Origin: Lingula anatina
Taxonomy: Eukaryota; Animalia; Brachiopoda
Reading direction: 5' to 3'
DNA length: 64,000 nt
Assembly (NCBI GenBank): GCA_051362555.1
Contig: CM120640.1
Location: forward strand, 9,052,001 to 9,116,000
In this document: in pieces, positions 39,906 through 52,090 of the stretch
Position numbering within the stretch: position 1 is the first letter of the stretch
Layout: each line of letters begins with the position of its first letter
Program-made: the position numbers and the translations under genes
Notes under the pieces: model-generated
Databases searched by the model: none
The model's input: the letters and a program-made list of their open reading frames with translations, nothing else
What the model was told of the DNA's origin: nothing

Positions 39906-42900
39906 ATTGTACCACCAGCGTTAGCGCTGGCGGTACACATGGTTTCGGTCCCGTCCGGATCGTTCCGCCGGCTCCGCCGGCTCCGTTGGCTCCGCCGGAC
40001 GGCTACCGTTACCGCTTCTCCTCCTAGACGGTAAGGGCCCCCGTACCCATCTCATGGATTTAGGTCACCTATAATCTCAACTCGTTCCACGTAAAATTTG
40101 GGCTTTGTCGGTATTGGGGTCTGGGTGTGGCACTCATTGCAATGCACCCTTGTCTAAAAATGGCAAAATTAAATGCTAATTATCTACCCTACGGAAGGAG
40201 TTATGGGAAAAATTTCTATAGACGGCTTTCCAAAAGTCATATGTGTAGATTTCAAATATACCCTTGGATTTGACCTTTGACCTTTACTTCAAGGTCAAAT
40301 GGGCCAAAATTTTCAAAAAAATGAAATTTTTTACGAAAAAAATTTTTTTTGCCCTGTTATTCAGACACCACACAGACTTAACCAATAATATTATTGGAAG
40401 GTGTTACCCTTCAGGTCATCTTTCATCTCCATGAATTTGGGGTCAATCGGTGCATTTTCACGGGAGTAGCGGCCATAAGATACCGAAACTGAAAACTGTC
40501 TCTAATTCGGGAACCGTTAATGCTAGAGACCCATTCTTTTTTGCATTTTGTAGAGCATGTAAAGCCCAACACTGGAGGTGGTCTCGGTTTTTTTGTATTC
40601 CATACGGTTTTCGAGTTACGCTGTATCAAAAAGTACATATTGGTGGTAAAAGCAAAATGTGCAGTACGGTAATGGATAATAAATTTTGAACTCTGGAAAA
40701 ATAAAACATAAGGCTTGGCAAAGCAGACAACTTGTGTTCAAAAATGACATTATTTCATCAAATTTGAACTTCTGAAACTTCAGAGCACCTCCTATTTCAA
40801 GAATTTTGACCAAAATGACATTTTCTTTATTTTAATTAATTTTTTCTGTACGAAATTTAAGGCACATTATGGTAACTCCAAAATTATAACATTTAGTCCC
40901 TTATATCTCCAAAACTGGCAGAGATAGGTCCATAGTTACTATTGAAGTTGAATAGGAAGTCATATACTGGCAATCTTACTATGACCTTGAAAGTGACCTT
41001 TGACCTACTTTTCACCATGAACTGAACTTTGCAAATTTTTCTTCCCTTTTATCTCCAAAACTGGCAGAGATAGGTCCATAGTTACTATTGAACTTGAATA
41101 GGAAGTCATATACTGGCAATCTTACTATGACCTTGAAAGTGACCTTTGACCTACTTTTCACCATGAACTGAACTTTGCAAATTTTTCTTCCCTTTTATCT
41201 CCAAAACTGGCAGAGATAGGTCCATAGTTACTATTGAACTTGAATAGGAAGTCATATACTGGCAATCTAAATGTGACCTTAAAATTGACCTTTGACCTAC
41301 TTTTCACCATAAACTGAATTTTGCAAAATTTGCTTCCCTTTTATCTCCAAAACTGGCAGAGATAGGTCCATAGTTACTATTGAACTTGAATAGGAAGTCA
41401 TATACTGGCAATCAAAATGTGACCTTAAAATTGACCTTTGACCTTCTTTACACCATAAACTGAATTTTGCAAAATTTGCTTCCCTTTTATCTCCAAAACT
41501 GGCTGAGATAGGTCCGTAGTTACTATTGAACTTGAATAGGAAGTCATATACTGGCAATCAAAATGTGACCTTAAAATTGACCTTTGACCTACTTTTCACC
41601 ATAAACTGAACTTTGCAAATTTTGCTTTCCTTTTATCTCCAAAACTGGCTGAGATAGGTCCGTAGTTACTATTGAACTTGAATAGGAAGTCATATACTGG
41701 CAATCTAAATGTGACCTCAAAATTGACCTTTGACCTACTTTTCACCATAAACTGAACTTTGCAAATTTTGCTTCCCTTTTATCTCCAAAACTGGCAGAGA
41801 TAGGTCCATAGTTACTATTGAACTTGAATAGGAAGTCATATACTGGCAATCTAAATATGACCTTGAAAGTGACCTTTGACCTACTTTTCACCATGAACTG
41901 AACTTTGCAAATTTTTCTTCCCTTTTATCTCCAAAACTGGCAGAGATAGGTCCATAGTTACTATTGAACTTGAATAGGAAGTCATATACTGGCAATCTAA
42001 ATGTGACCTTAAAATTGACCTTTGACCTACTTTTCACCATAAACTGAATTTTGCAAAATTTGCTTCCCTTTTATCTCCAAAACTGGCAGAGATAGGTCCA
42101 TAGTTACTATTGAACTTGAATAGGAAGTCATATACTGGCAATCTAAATGTGACCTCAAAATTGACCTTTGACCTACTTTTCACCATAAACTGAACTTTGC
42201 AAATTTTGCTTCCCTTTTATCTCCAAAACTGGCAGAGATAGGTCCATAGTTACTATTGAACTTGAATAGGAAGTCATATACTGGCAATCTAAATATGACC
42301 TTGAAATTGACCTTTAACCTACTTTTCACCATGAACTGAATTTTGCAAATTTTGCTTCCCTATTATCTCCAAAACTGGCTGAGATAGGTCCATAGTTACT
42401 ATTGAACTTGAATAGGAAGTCATATACTGGCAATCCAAATGTGACCTTGAAATTGACCTTTGACCTACTTTACACCATAAACTGAATTTTGCAAATTTTG
42501 CTTTCCTTTTATCTCCAAAACTGGCTGAGATAGGTCCGTAGTTACTATTGAACTTGAATAGGAAGTCATATACTGGCATTATAAATGTGACATTAAAATT
42601 GACCTTTGTCCTACTTTTCACCATAAACTGAACTTTGCAAATTTTGCTTCCCTTTTATCTCCAAAACTGGCAGAGATAGGTCCATAGTTACTATTGAACT
42701 TGAATAGGAAGTCATATACTGGCAATTTACTGTGACCTTGAATTGACCCTTGACCTACCTTACGAAGAACTTAAATTTGATTGTACCATATATATTTTTT
42801 GCAGTAGTTTAAAAATTCTTGTTGATTGCATTTTTACAGCTTGTCAAGCACAAAACTGGTGGCTGTGTCCCTTATTTTGTGTATGTGGGGGTCTATACGA

Positions 42901-42964
42901 ATGCGCTTGCTCCAGCTGGTGGTACAATATTCGGAGGCGGTATCGCCTCTCTGATCCTCTAGTT
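39906..42964 (+). mobile_element. Non-autonomous Helentron/Helitron2-type element (HINE-like), copy 2
   Basis: Same architecture as copy 1: subTIR at 39906-39919 / 42915-42928, the 3' hairpin and a CTAGTT end. Flanks differ from those of copy 1. Confidence 0.88.
40898..42760. repeat. 146-bp tandem satellite array (12 full units plus a partial) inside HINE copy 2
   Basis: Unit starts at 40906, 41052 ... 42658 with a 146-bp period. Confidence 0.95.
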
Positions 42965-45900
42965 AAAACATACATGTATGCACTTTCCTAGTATGGGGAA
43001 GGAGCACTAAAATTTAAGTGATCATTATAAGCGTGAATACCATAATGATTCTAGGGAGTGACATCTTTTAAAGTACTTTTGCTGTTCATTAAGCTAATTA
43101 TTTAGCTCTCCTGCTTTAGATTCAGAGGCAGTTTTACTCACGTAATCCCCATCGGATTTAATTGTCACCTGAGCCTTCAGTCTCCTGGGGAGGAGATGGC
43201 AGGTCCGCGTTGATGTGGAAAAGCCAGGCAACTGCCTTCTGATATAATTGGCTGTCATAATTAGATAGATTTAGGAAATTGTGTAAAGTCTGTGAAATTT
43301 GCAGATGCCATGCCTTGCCATTTAACCTTTTTTTAGCTGATCTCAGGAGGAAGAAGAGGGTTTCAGCTGCCACTGTGTTAAATAAACAGTTGGGGGTTGG
43401 AAAAAAACTTGTCTGGGTAATTCTGAGGGAATTGCCTTTTTTTTGTTTAAACCAGTAGACCCTTCTCAGCATGCTCATTTTAGTCTTTATGAATAGCATT
43501 GAAATCAGTTGATATATCTAAAGTTTTACATGTACGAGCTTGTTAATGTGCATCCATACATTCAGTACTTAATGTGCATGCATGTGCATATACACGTATG
43601 CATGCATATCACACATGCACAGATATATATATGAACGTGCATGCATACGCATGCACGCACACACACACACACACACACCAAGAAATGTATACTCCAGTGA
43701 TATACCCACATCCAGCAGCAACCTGCACAGTGGTCATTGTGCAATACCACACCAGCATAATGAAGGCAAATTAATTATGTGGTCAGCTCTTTCTGGATTC
43801 TGCTCCATTAAGGCCCATTACGGAGCTACTAATCAGATAGACCTAATGTGGGTGGTCATCTACTGACCCAGAGATATGTAATGTCCATTTGAAATGCAGT
43901 CATTCCATGGTATTCATTGGATCAATGACTATACCCCTTTGAATTCACTCTATGTGTAGAAATATTTGTGATGTCAAATTACATGAAGTTACTATTTAGG
44001 ACTATCCAGACTAAGGAGAAAATAGAATTAGACTTGTCTGTGAATGTATTCTTATTGTGAAAGGTGTAATTATATCAATTTTGTGTGTAAGGATTGGTAT
44101 GCTGGTTGGTATTGAAGGTTTTATTAAGTTAGCACAGTAATAAAGAGGCCTAATACAGGGTGACCTTTCCACCTATCAACTGCCTTTGTGAAGTCTGAGG
44201 TTCGCTGATCAAAGAAAGACATATCGACAAAAGGGTAGACGCTTTATTTCCTTTCCAGAGACTGGCCAGAGCTAGATGCCAGGCAGCCACTTAATAGAAG
44301 TCCCTGAACTGCTGCAAAGAAAACCCGCTGCATCAGCTCTTTTTTTGAAATGTTAATCTTGTTTTTGTGCTACTAATATTACTAATATTTTATCAAGGCA
44401 TTGCTTGTGATTTATCTCATATCTGAAAAATAATAAGGTCTTTGAAAATGTATTCTCTGCAATCAGGGCGACTCCTGATCAATCTTGGAACTGTCATGTA
44501 GCTGCAATGAATTTTCCGTTTTGAGCAGCATTTTCCTTGTTGCAGTACAGATCCTCTCAACCTGTGACATCCATCAGGTCAAGCATCTAAACTTAGGGAT
44601 GATTATCGGCTATTCCCACCATCTCCTTCTGCATCTTTGTACAAACCATGTAATGTTGCCAGGATGTCAAAGGTGGTTTAGGTAAAAAATGCATGACCTG
44701 CATATAAGTACAGCCATCTATGATTATACAGTCCAAGGTGTGCCCTATGCACATGTGGACAATGCTTTGATGTACGCATGCTTCTCACAGTACTATATTG
44801 CTTATTGTTACTCAGTTAAATCAAATGTATCTGTTATATTTCCAAGAACAATGTCTTTGTAAGTTGCACATGGAGATGGGTTATGGATAAGTTCTAAAGA
44901 GAGAGATTAGCTCTTGTCAGCAAGTGTGTTTTTGTGACTATCAGAAAATAATGATTCTTGGAAAAATGTCCAAATGAAATGTCTGAAATTTATGAGTGAT
45001 CACAATGAGGCTTGTTTACACAGACTGTATTAGTTCACAGTGAGAGTTCCTCTGGTTTAGGGGCATCCAACAAAATCAAAAGTTGCCTTTAGTATATGAA
45101 TTTTTTTTCTTTTTTTTTTTTTTTGTCTCTCTTCAAGCAGACTAGCTGAATCAATCTGTTATAGAAGTAGCCATTACCTGTTGGTTTCAGACCTGGCTAG
45201 TGCTAGTTTCCCAATAAGTATTTATATGGATTGTGAATCTTACAGAGTTTCACTGACCGAGGGATTTTCTGAGACCTCAAGGCAAAACATGTTCTCATTA
45301 AATTGGACATGGAGTATCTGAACCCTGTCCTCATCTTCCCAGTTCACCACTTAATGACCATCTTGAACTTTCCCCATGAAATCATCATCAGTAATACCTA
45401 GATCAATGGCGTTGCCATCGGAAAAAAAAGGAAAAAAATTCTCGATGAAGCTGACTGTTTTTCAGTGCACATATTCCGCACCTGCCTGCCATTCTCACAG
45501 ATAATTACCTTGGTTCATCTCTATTTCAATTCTTCTCAGGAAATCAGTCCATTTGCTCTACGGGGAGCCTTTAAAATGGAAGGATTTTTATATGCAACGC
45601 TGGCTCTATTCTGCCATTTGCTAATTTAATCAAACTCAATCCAATGCATTCAATGGGGAATACCCGCTTTATAGGTCTGCCGCTAGATGGCGTGGGGGTG
45701 AAAGCAGTCCTTCTAAAATCTCGCAGAATCTCGCTCACGGCTTTACACCAGAGTTTAACATGGAGCGTGTGCACGCGTCGCTGACAGTGAACCAACTCAA
45801 ACGCAATTTACTTGAATGTGGTGCCATAACATCTGGATGAAAATGTGAATTGACTGGAAGGTATGTGTTTTCTTTTCATTTAGTGCTTGAAAAACACGAA

Positions 45901-46074
45901 TGCTGACTATTTTCCTTGAAAAAATCAAAAATTAGTCGAGGTGTGTGTGTCAAATCTGACATGTTATGTACATGTAGACTACTGTAGGTACGAGTAGGCC
46001 TACGCTCATATTTTGTTTTAGTAGCACGAAAGATTTTTATACTTAGTAAATGTACTTATTTATTTTCTTTATAA

Positions 46075-46923
46075 GGTTACCCAAAGAAGGCCCATATATC
46101 GGGGGCAAAGCCTGAAACTGTCGAATTCAGGACCCCAGGACAGCCAACTTCAAGAGCAGGATAAAATGATTACTTCAGGAATCTTACCTATCACTTCACA
46201 TCAGCGGCAAAGATTGCTGTAGCCACCAGTAATGCCTACCCTAAAGCTGACTTACAGGCGGCTGTGATGGACAACAACTATTGCCAAGTGCCATGAAAAG
46301 AATAAAGCATGGATAGAGGGAATGATGTAAGTGAAAACAGAGGTCTGCTATTAAGAATCGGACCCAAATATGAGAAAGAATTATCAAACTAGGTGATAGG
46401 TGACATCATAGAATTATAATATTGTATCTAAACTAATCTAAATTGTATCTATTTAATGCTGTAACCATCTACCATGCTTTAATGGGATATGAATATTTCA
46501 GGTTGAGGAACAAACAGCGAAGGACACTGAGTAAGCAAGTTATAACAAGGAAAGAGCGCAATCTGACACAAGGAGAGACAATGGCGGATCACTGCCTCAA
46601 GATTTGGAGAGATAATTGCAGCTACAGAGAAGAAGTATATAAACAAACTGTATGAATCATTGAACATTGTGTCCAAAACCATTGCAGACACATGACAGTT
46701 GGACACGGACCTGATTTCCCCTTTTGGAATGTGTATCTCGTACACAAATCTGGGCCTAAAGAAAACCTGCAAATACTTTACTCAGTTAGAAGGCCAGATG
46801 TTCATTACGAATCGCCCATTCTGCTATTTTGTTGTGTTTACATTCAAAGATCTGTTTGTGGGGTTGATTCATTCTGACACAGTGACACTGGATATTTTTC
46901 TACATGTATTTTGCAGAGGATAA
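46075..46923 (+). pseudogene. Disrupted YqaJ/lambda-exonuclease-like gene of the ISL2EU element
   Basis: KERQWRITASRFGEII from 46570 and LKKTCKYFTQLEGQMFITNRPFCYFVVFTFKDLFV (ORF 46699-46923) match the YqaJ motifs RITAS.FG and YY.QVQGQM..T....C.FVV. The central catalytic part is missing and there are stops. The 5' limit is approximate. Confidence 0.75.
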
Positions 46924-47209
46924 CTTTTCTTAATGAAAAACACTATAGGAAGTACGTGTCAGCTAGTTTATAGAAAGTACCCCTGCATGAGATGGTTTTA
47001 GCTGCAATCACAATTTTGAAGTGCCATTTAAAAAAAAATGTTTTAACTAAAATGAAATAATTTGGTGGTGCTATATTCTTTACAAAAAGTACTTATGTGT
47101 TTATGCTGTTTTTAATAATCTTTAACTGTAATGAAAAAAAAAACTATGATGCTATTTTGTAAAGTATTTTTAGTGGGATGAAATAATTTGATAGTTGTAT
47201 TTACAGCAA

Positions 47210-47810
47210 ATAATTTGGTTTTTCTGCTTTTAAAAGAATTTTCAAAGTGCTGACATAATGTGGTGGTTCTATTCAAGTAAAATAATTCATAAGTACTATT
47301 TTGTAAAAAGGAACAAAAAAACTGTTCATTTGTAAAATGTTTGTTTTCTGTAATTTTTATTTCTTAAACTGTTACAAAAAGTTTACCATACCTACAGTAA
47401 TCCATTGGCTGAGAAATTGCAGCTATATAATCAGGAAAGTTATAGCACAAATAAATTATCTAAGTATTACATGGTTTCATGGTTTTTACTATGGACTGAA
47501 TAATTATTTTGTTTAAATAAAACATTTGGTTTTGCTGCTTTTTAATGAATTTTCAGAGCGATGAAATAATATGGTGTTTCTACTCAAGTAAAACAATTCA
47601 GAAGTGCTATTTTGTAAAAAAAGAATAAAAACTGTTCATTTATAAAATGTTTTCTTTCTTTCAATTTTATTTCTTAAACTGTTACAAAAAGATTTCCAAA
47701 CATGCATTATTCCATTGGCTGAGAAATTGCATCTATACATGTACAAATAAATTATCTAACTATACCTAGTTTTATGATTCTTACGATGTACTGAATAATT
47801 TTTTTAAATA
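47210..47810. repeat. Diverged ~310-bp tandem duplication within the ISL2EU spacer
   Basis: TCCATTGGCTGAGAAATTGC at 47401 and 47711; ACTGTTCATTT and TTCTTAAACTGTTACAAAAAG repeat at the same offset. Confidence 0.8.
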
Positions 47811-47886
47811 AAAATAATTATTTACTTAACATTACCGGTCATGCTCAATACATCAATAAAAAAGGATATTACTTAATAACACAACC

Positions 47887-48255
47887 TTATGCGGGTAGTA
47901 GGCTACCGGCACTTGTATATTTACTGACAACTCTTCTGAAATTACGGACATAAGAAAACGCACTTTGATAAATCATACTTCCTAGGGGCACTTTCTGGCT
48001 ATGGAGCTCTCTTTCCAAAACTTTATAAGTTTTTCCAAGATCAATTAACCTTTCTACGTGTATTCTTTTTGAGGCAACTCGTCTATCTTTAGGGGGCCTA
48101 ATTACTGTGCCTGGGTCAAGTTGTAACTGTCCTTTTAACATGGAAGGTGTGTTGACATGGGCAACCCTTCACTTCAAACGAAGCCCTGAATCCTCAGGAA
48201 AATTATGCCCACCTTGCCGACTTTGACATTCAGGTACACAACAATACTGAGGCAT
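47887..48255 (-). pseudogene. THAP-domain N-terminus fused in frame to the C-terminus of a Harbinger/ISL2EU DDE transposase (deleted, one internal stop)
   Basis: MPQYCCVPECQSRQGGHNFPEDSGLRLK*RVA (THAP C-x4-C...H-x-F-P...W, with the W codon mutated to TGA at 48169-48171) runs directly into HVNTPSMLKGQLQL...RVASKRIHVERLIDLGKTYKVL, the RIHVER motif carrying the last catalytic Glu of DDE_Tnp_4-type transposases. Confidence 0.85.
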
Positions 48256-51200
48256 GTTTATTAAGGCCAGTGCCACAGTCCAACGTATATGATATCCAAC
48301 ATGGCGACTGTGGAAGGACTGAATTCACACTAGCGACACCTGGCGCCAAGCGGGCTGGTATACCTCATTGCGCACACATTCAGAATTTTGAAAAAAAATT
48401 ACGAGCAGGTTTTCAAATCAGCAGTTTGTTTTTGCTTGTCAGTCTGGGCTTTTTAATGAAGAAGACATTTTGGTGGTAATGAATATGAAAAGGTCTTGCT
48501 CTTGATGTTGTACTTCTCCTCCTTCAGCCAATTATGGTTCATTACACAGGGTTCAAACAAGCAAAGCAAACATCTGCACTGCACCCAAGCACAGTCAATG
48601 ATACCTTGAGAAAAACTGCCACGAGGGAAGTGATTCTTTACATGACATTTTGGCCATCTTTATGATGGAGGCTGATGCTTTTTTCCTTCACTGCGCCATG
48701 ATCATCATGATAGAACAAAAAAGAGCAACCTCGGGACAAAAGCCAAGGCTTCTTTCTTTAATATTTCAACCTTTTTTTAGATCTCTGTAATGGCTTGAAT
48801 ACGAAATATTTGATTATTAGCTTAATTTTGAAGTATTTTTTTTCTGATAAATTAAATTGATATACCCTACCATGATGAAATTGTATGAAAATTGAATGAA
48901 AATAACATTAATCTTTTAGACGTTTACTGAGTGATTGAGAAATAAATACTAAATAGAGTCCCCCATTTTAATTATCTGGTAGTTCATGAGAACATCATTG
49001 AACTGTTATAATTATCCCTCACAAATTAAAACATTCTCAGGGCACTCTGGAAATAACTCCTTACAACCAGCAGGAATCATTATCACAATTTCACAATCAT
49101 TTCACAGTCATTAACCTCCGAGTGGACCTATTGTTCACCCATGATAGATGATAAGTGGAATATTTACAATACTAATAGTTGTGACTTCCTGACTGTGACC
49201 CTTGATGGTATAGCCAGGAGGTGAAATTGGATGGTAGTGCATATATATATATATCTGTTCTGGCTAATGTCAGAATTATTGTACCAAATGTCATATTTCC
49301 TTTGTCCACTTCGTAGTAATCACTGGCCAAGCCATTAGCTGCATTGTAGATGAGGAAGTAAGCACTGGCTGACCACAGGCTATCAAGAAGTCAAAGTGAT
49401 ATGCCCAGGATCCCATCCCGTATTGTGTAAGAACATCATTGTAAGCATGAGGTAACCACATACTGTGGAGGGACTACAAATGAGCTACTCAGCCCTGCTA
49501 CTGGAAATGTCAGTAACATTAACCGTGATAACTTCATCAAAATAATTTGCCCTAAGGGATGGTGGTTACCTGCACTGGGGGTTGTTAGGGAATGAGAAGC
49601 CACCAATTCCTCTCTTTGGGAAGGGAAATTACTAGTTAAAAGAGAGTGAGGTATGCCAGTGCCTTATTAGACGAAATTGATTGGTCCTGAGACTTTTTAA
49701 GTGCTACTTTTTTTTAAAGATACAAAGGAAAAATGGCATTGAGAATTCATTTGGTAACATTACCCAGGAGGGGGACCTGTCATTTAAATCCAACAAGTAT
49801 ACACTAATGCTCTTTCAAAAATTTATTTGACTCTCCATAATTCTAATGCCATAGTCTGTTATTTATGAAGATAGATTGCCTATTATAGGCGTGTCTTTGG
49901 TTTCCCCATAATTTTAGAAGTACTGAAACAAATTGATAGCAGTAAAGGCATATGGGAAATCGTAGATTTGTTGGGATTTACTTTGTCACTGCCCTTTTCT
50001 CTGTCTGATCCTTATTAGACTGACAAGATTAATCTCCCATAAAATTCAATTAAAGCAGTCTTCAGACATTGAATCTCATGTCAGTGTCTGCGTAGATAAC
50101 ATACATTTAAGCAGCCCATCTTGGCTTGGAGGTAAATTAGACTGTTATGGACAGAAGAACTGACCATTCAGAGCATTGGTCACCAAAGCTGTGTTCATAG
50201 GAGTAGTCTAGTTTGGTTTTGAATCGATCAGAAATGATTTTTAGAGAGCTTTCATGTTGAAGGTTCAGAGGCAGATCAATTGATTGCAATTAACATGATG
50301 CATCCACAACTAGTGGTCCAACAAGCAGTGGCCATGGCCTTCATGCCAATTCCATGATATGTGGAGCAAATGAATGAGTTTAAGGGCCCCAGAGCAGGTT
50401 TTGATTACATTTTAGGTTATTATTAGAAGAAATGGGACTAGAAAGTGGCTCTTCAGGCAACCAGATTGATCATTTCAAGGAGATAAATCTGAATTTAGGC
50501 ATTTACAACTTTCTGAGAGTCCTCGTTTAAATTAATCTCCAGAAGCTGTGAGCAAATATCTAGTTTTATAACTGTGATATGAGCTTGTGGGGTTTTCTTA
50601 TATGTACATCATTATTTGGTAATAATAAGAACATTTATGGGTATAAAAGTTGTTTGTTTTTCAACCTGAGCCCTATGGTCACGTTTTGTGTCCTTCACCC
50701 TTAAAACATAGTAATTAGGATGGGTTCCAATTGGTCATTGGCAAGGCTACCTTTTCAGATTGATTATCTCATATATTTTTTCTCACAGTTAACGCTTGAA
50801 TTTCTGTTTCAATTTGTTGCTGTTTATGGCATTCTGTCCATCTTATTTTACACAAAGACACCAAGGCCTACTAACTTAAAGAACTTCTACATATGGTTAT
50901 GTTAAAAATAATCAATATTGTTAGGGACAAATGGGAAGTAGGGAGCCTTAGTACAAAAGACTTGAGTAAGGTAACTGGAATCTTTATTATCTAGTTTAGA
51001 ATGACAGTTATGTTTGACTTGCATGTGGAATAGTAATAACTGTCAAACCACTTTTATTTAGAGATACATTTGGGACAAAATTGCTATGTTCTGCTTAAGC
51101 AATAATTTATTTGATTAACAAGGCATGCATTTTTGATTTGCGGTTTGACATGGCACTGTGTCACGTTTGACTCATGTACTTCACTTCAGTTGTGGCATGT

Positions 51201-51954
51201 TACATGGAGATTTTGGTAGCATCCTGAAACCTTAGTTATAAGGACAGTAACATGAACATATTTCCTGTGTAAGATATGAAATTTGTTCAGATTGAAACTT
51301 ATTATAATTCAGAATCAAATGCATGGGCTCAAAATTTAACATCTTTTAAACAAATTCCTTTTACAAAGATAAAAATTTCAGGGCATCACCATTTGACCTT
51401 TAGCTGTTTATGTTTATTGATTCTTCAGACTTACATTTTTCAGTGCATTTCTTTCATTTGCATGTCTTTAGATAAGCTCTTCACAATAAACTCTCTCAGA
51501 AGGATGAGACCGCTAGCTTAGTCTGACAAAGGAAAGCTCTTGGAAATTGCTATGAATTTCTGGGAAAGATATTCATTTGTGCTGATCACAAAGTAGATTA
51601 TATTGATTCCTGGCATCCTGGTCACTGTATCTAGCTGTTAACTGCCAGGGTCAGTTCCTCTGTCTGTGATCATTACTACATTTTGTCTTATTTTTTTCTC
51701 TCTCTTAAACTCAAGGCGTATCCGGTATGAATACAGTTGTTTACGCATGTTTAAAGGTGGGTTCGCTTTTTCGAAAGTCAAATATAAACCATCTTCTAGT
51801 GCTCACATTTTACCTGTTTGGGAAGGTTTATATTTACAAAAACAACTGCAATTGAAGCTCGTATAGCTTTCTGCTTACACAATAAGAACCACTAATAAAA
51901 GCTTTGAGTAGAGCACAATCCAATCTTAGGAAATATTAAATCCTTCAGGTGTGA

Positions 51955-52090
51955 CTGATTGCCATGGCAACACCAGTTTTAAGTTGGTGTGGACAATGTC
52001 ACTAATTGAAAGGTTGTTTAATAAGGTTGTAAGGAAGATTGGCCAGACATCCTACACCTGCCCCCCTCAAGGCTGATTGCCATGGCAACA
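51955..52090. promoter_or_regulatory. Paired RFX X-box-like palindromes (CTGATTGCCATGGCAACA x2)
   Basis: An identical 18-mer at 51955-51972 and 52073-52090; its core differs by one base from the X-box consensus GTTGCCATGGCAAC. Confidence 0.4.

Larger units (their letters stand above)
45655..48366. mobile_element. Internally deleted ISL2EU-type (PIF/Harbinger-related) DNA transposon, 2712 bp
   Basis: Imperfect TIR: GGGGAATACCCGC vs reverse complement of the right end, GAGGTATACCAGC (10/13). AT TSD at 45653-45654 and 48367-48368 (empty site caATtg). It carries convergent YqaJ (+) and THAP/DDE (-) remnants, the two-gene layout known for ISL2EU. Confidence 0.82.

Noticed and set aside
36776-42760. 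CRISPR-like regular array
   Set aside because: Whole 146-bp units repeat with no unique spacers, the context is eukaryotic, and no cas genes are present.
36301-42991. Duplicated short ORFs in both large repeats
   Set aside because: They are identical only because the elements are near-identical; there are no Rep/helicase or other recognisable motifs, and several are translated satellite.
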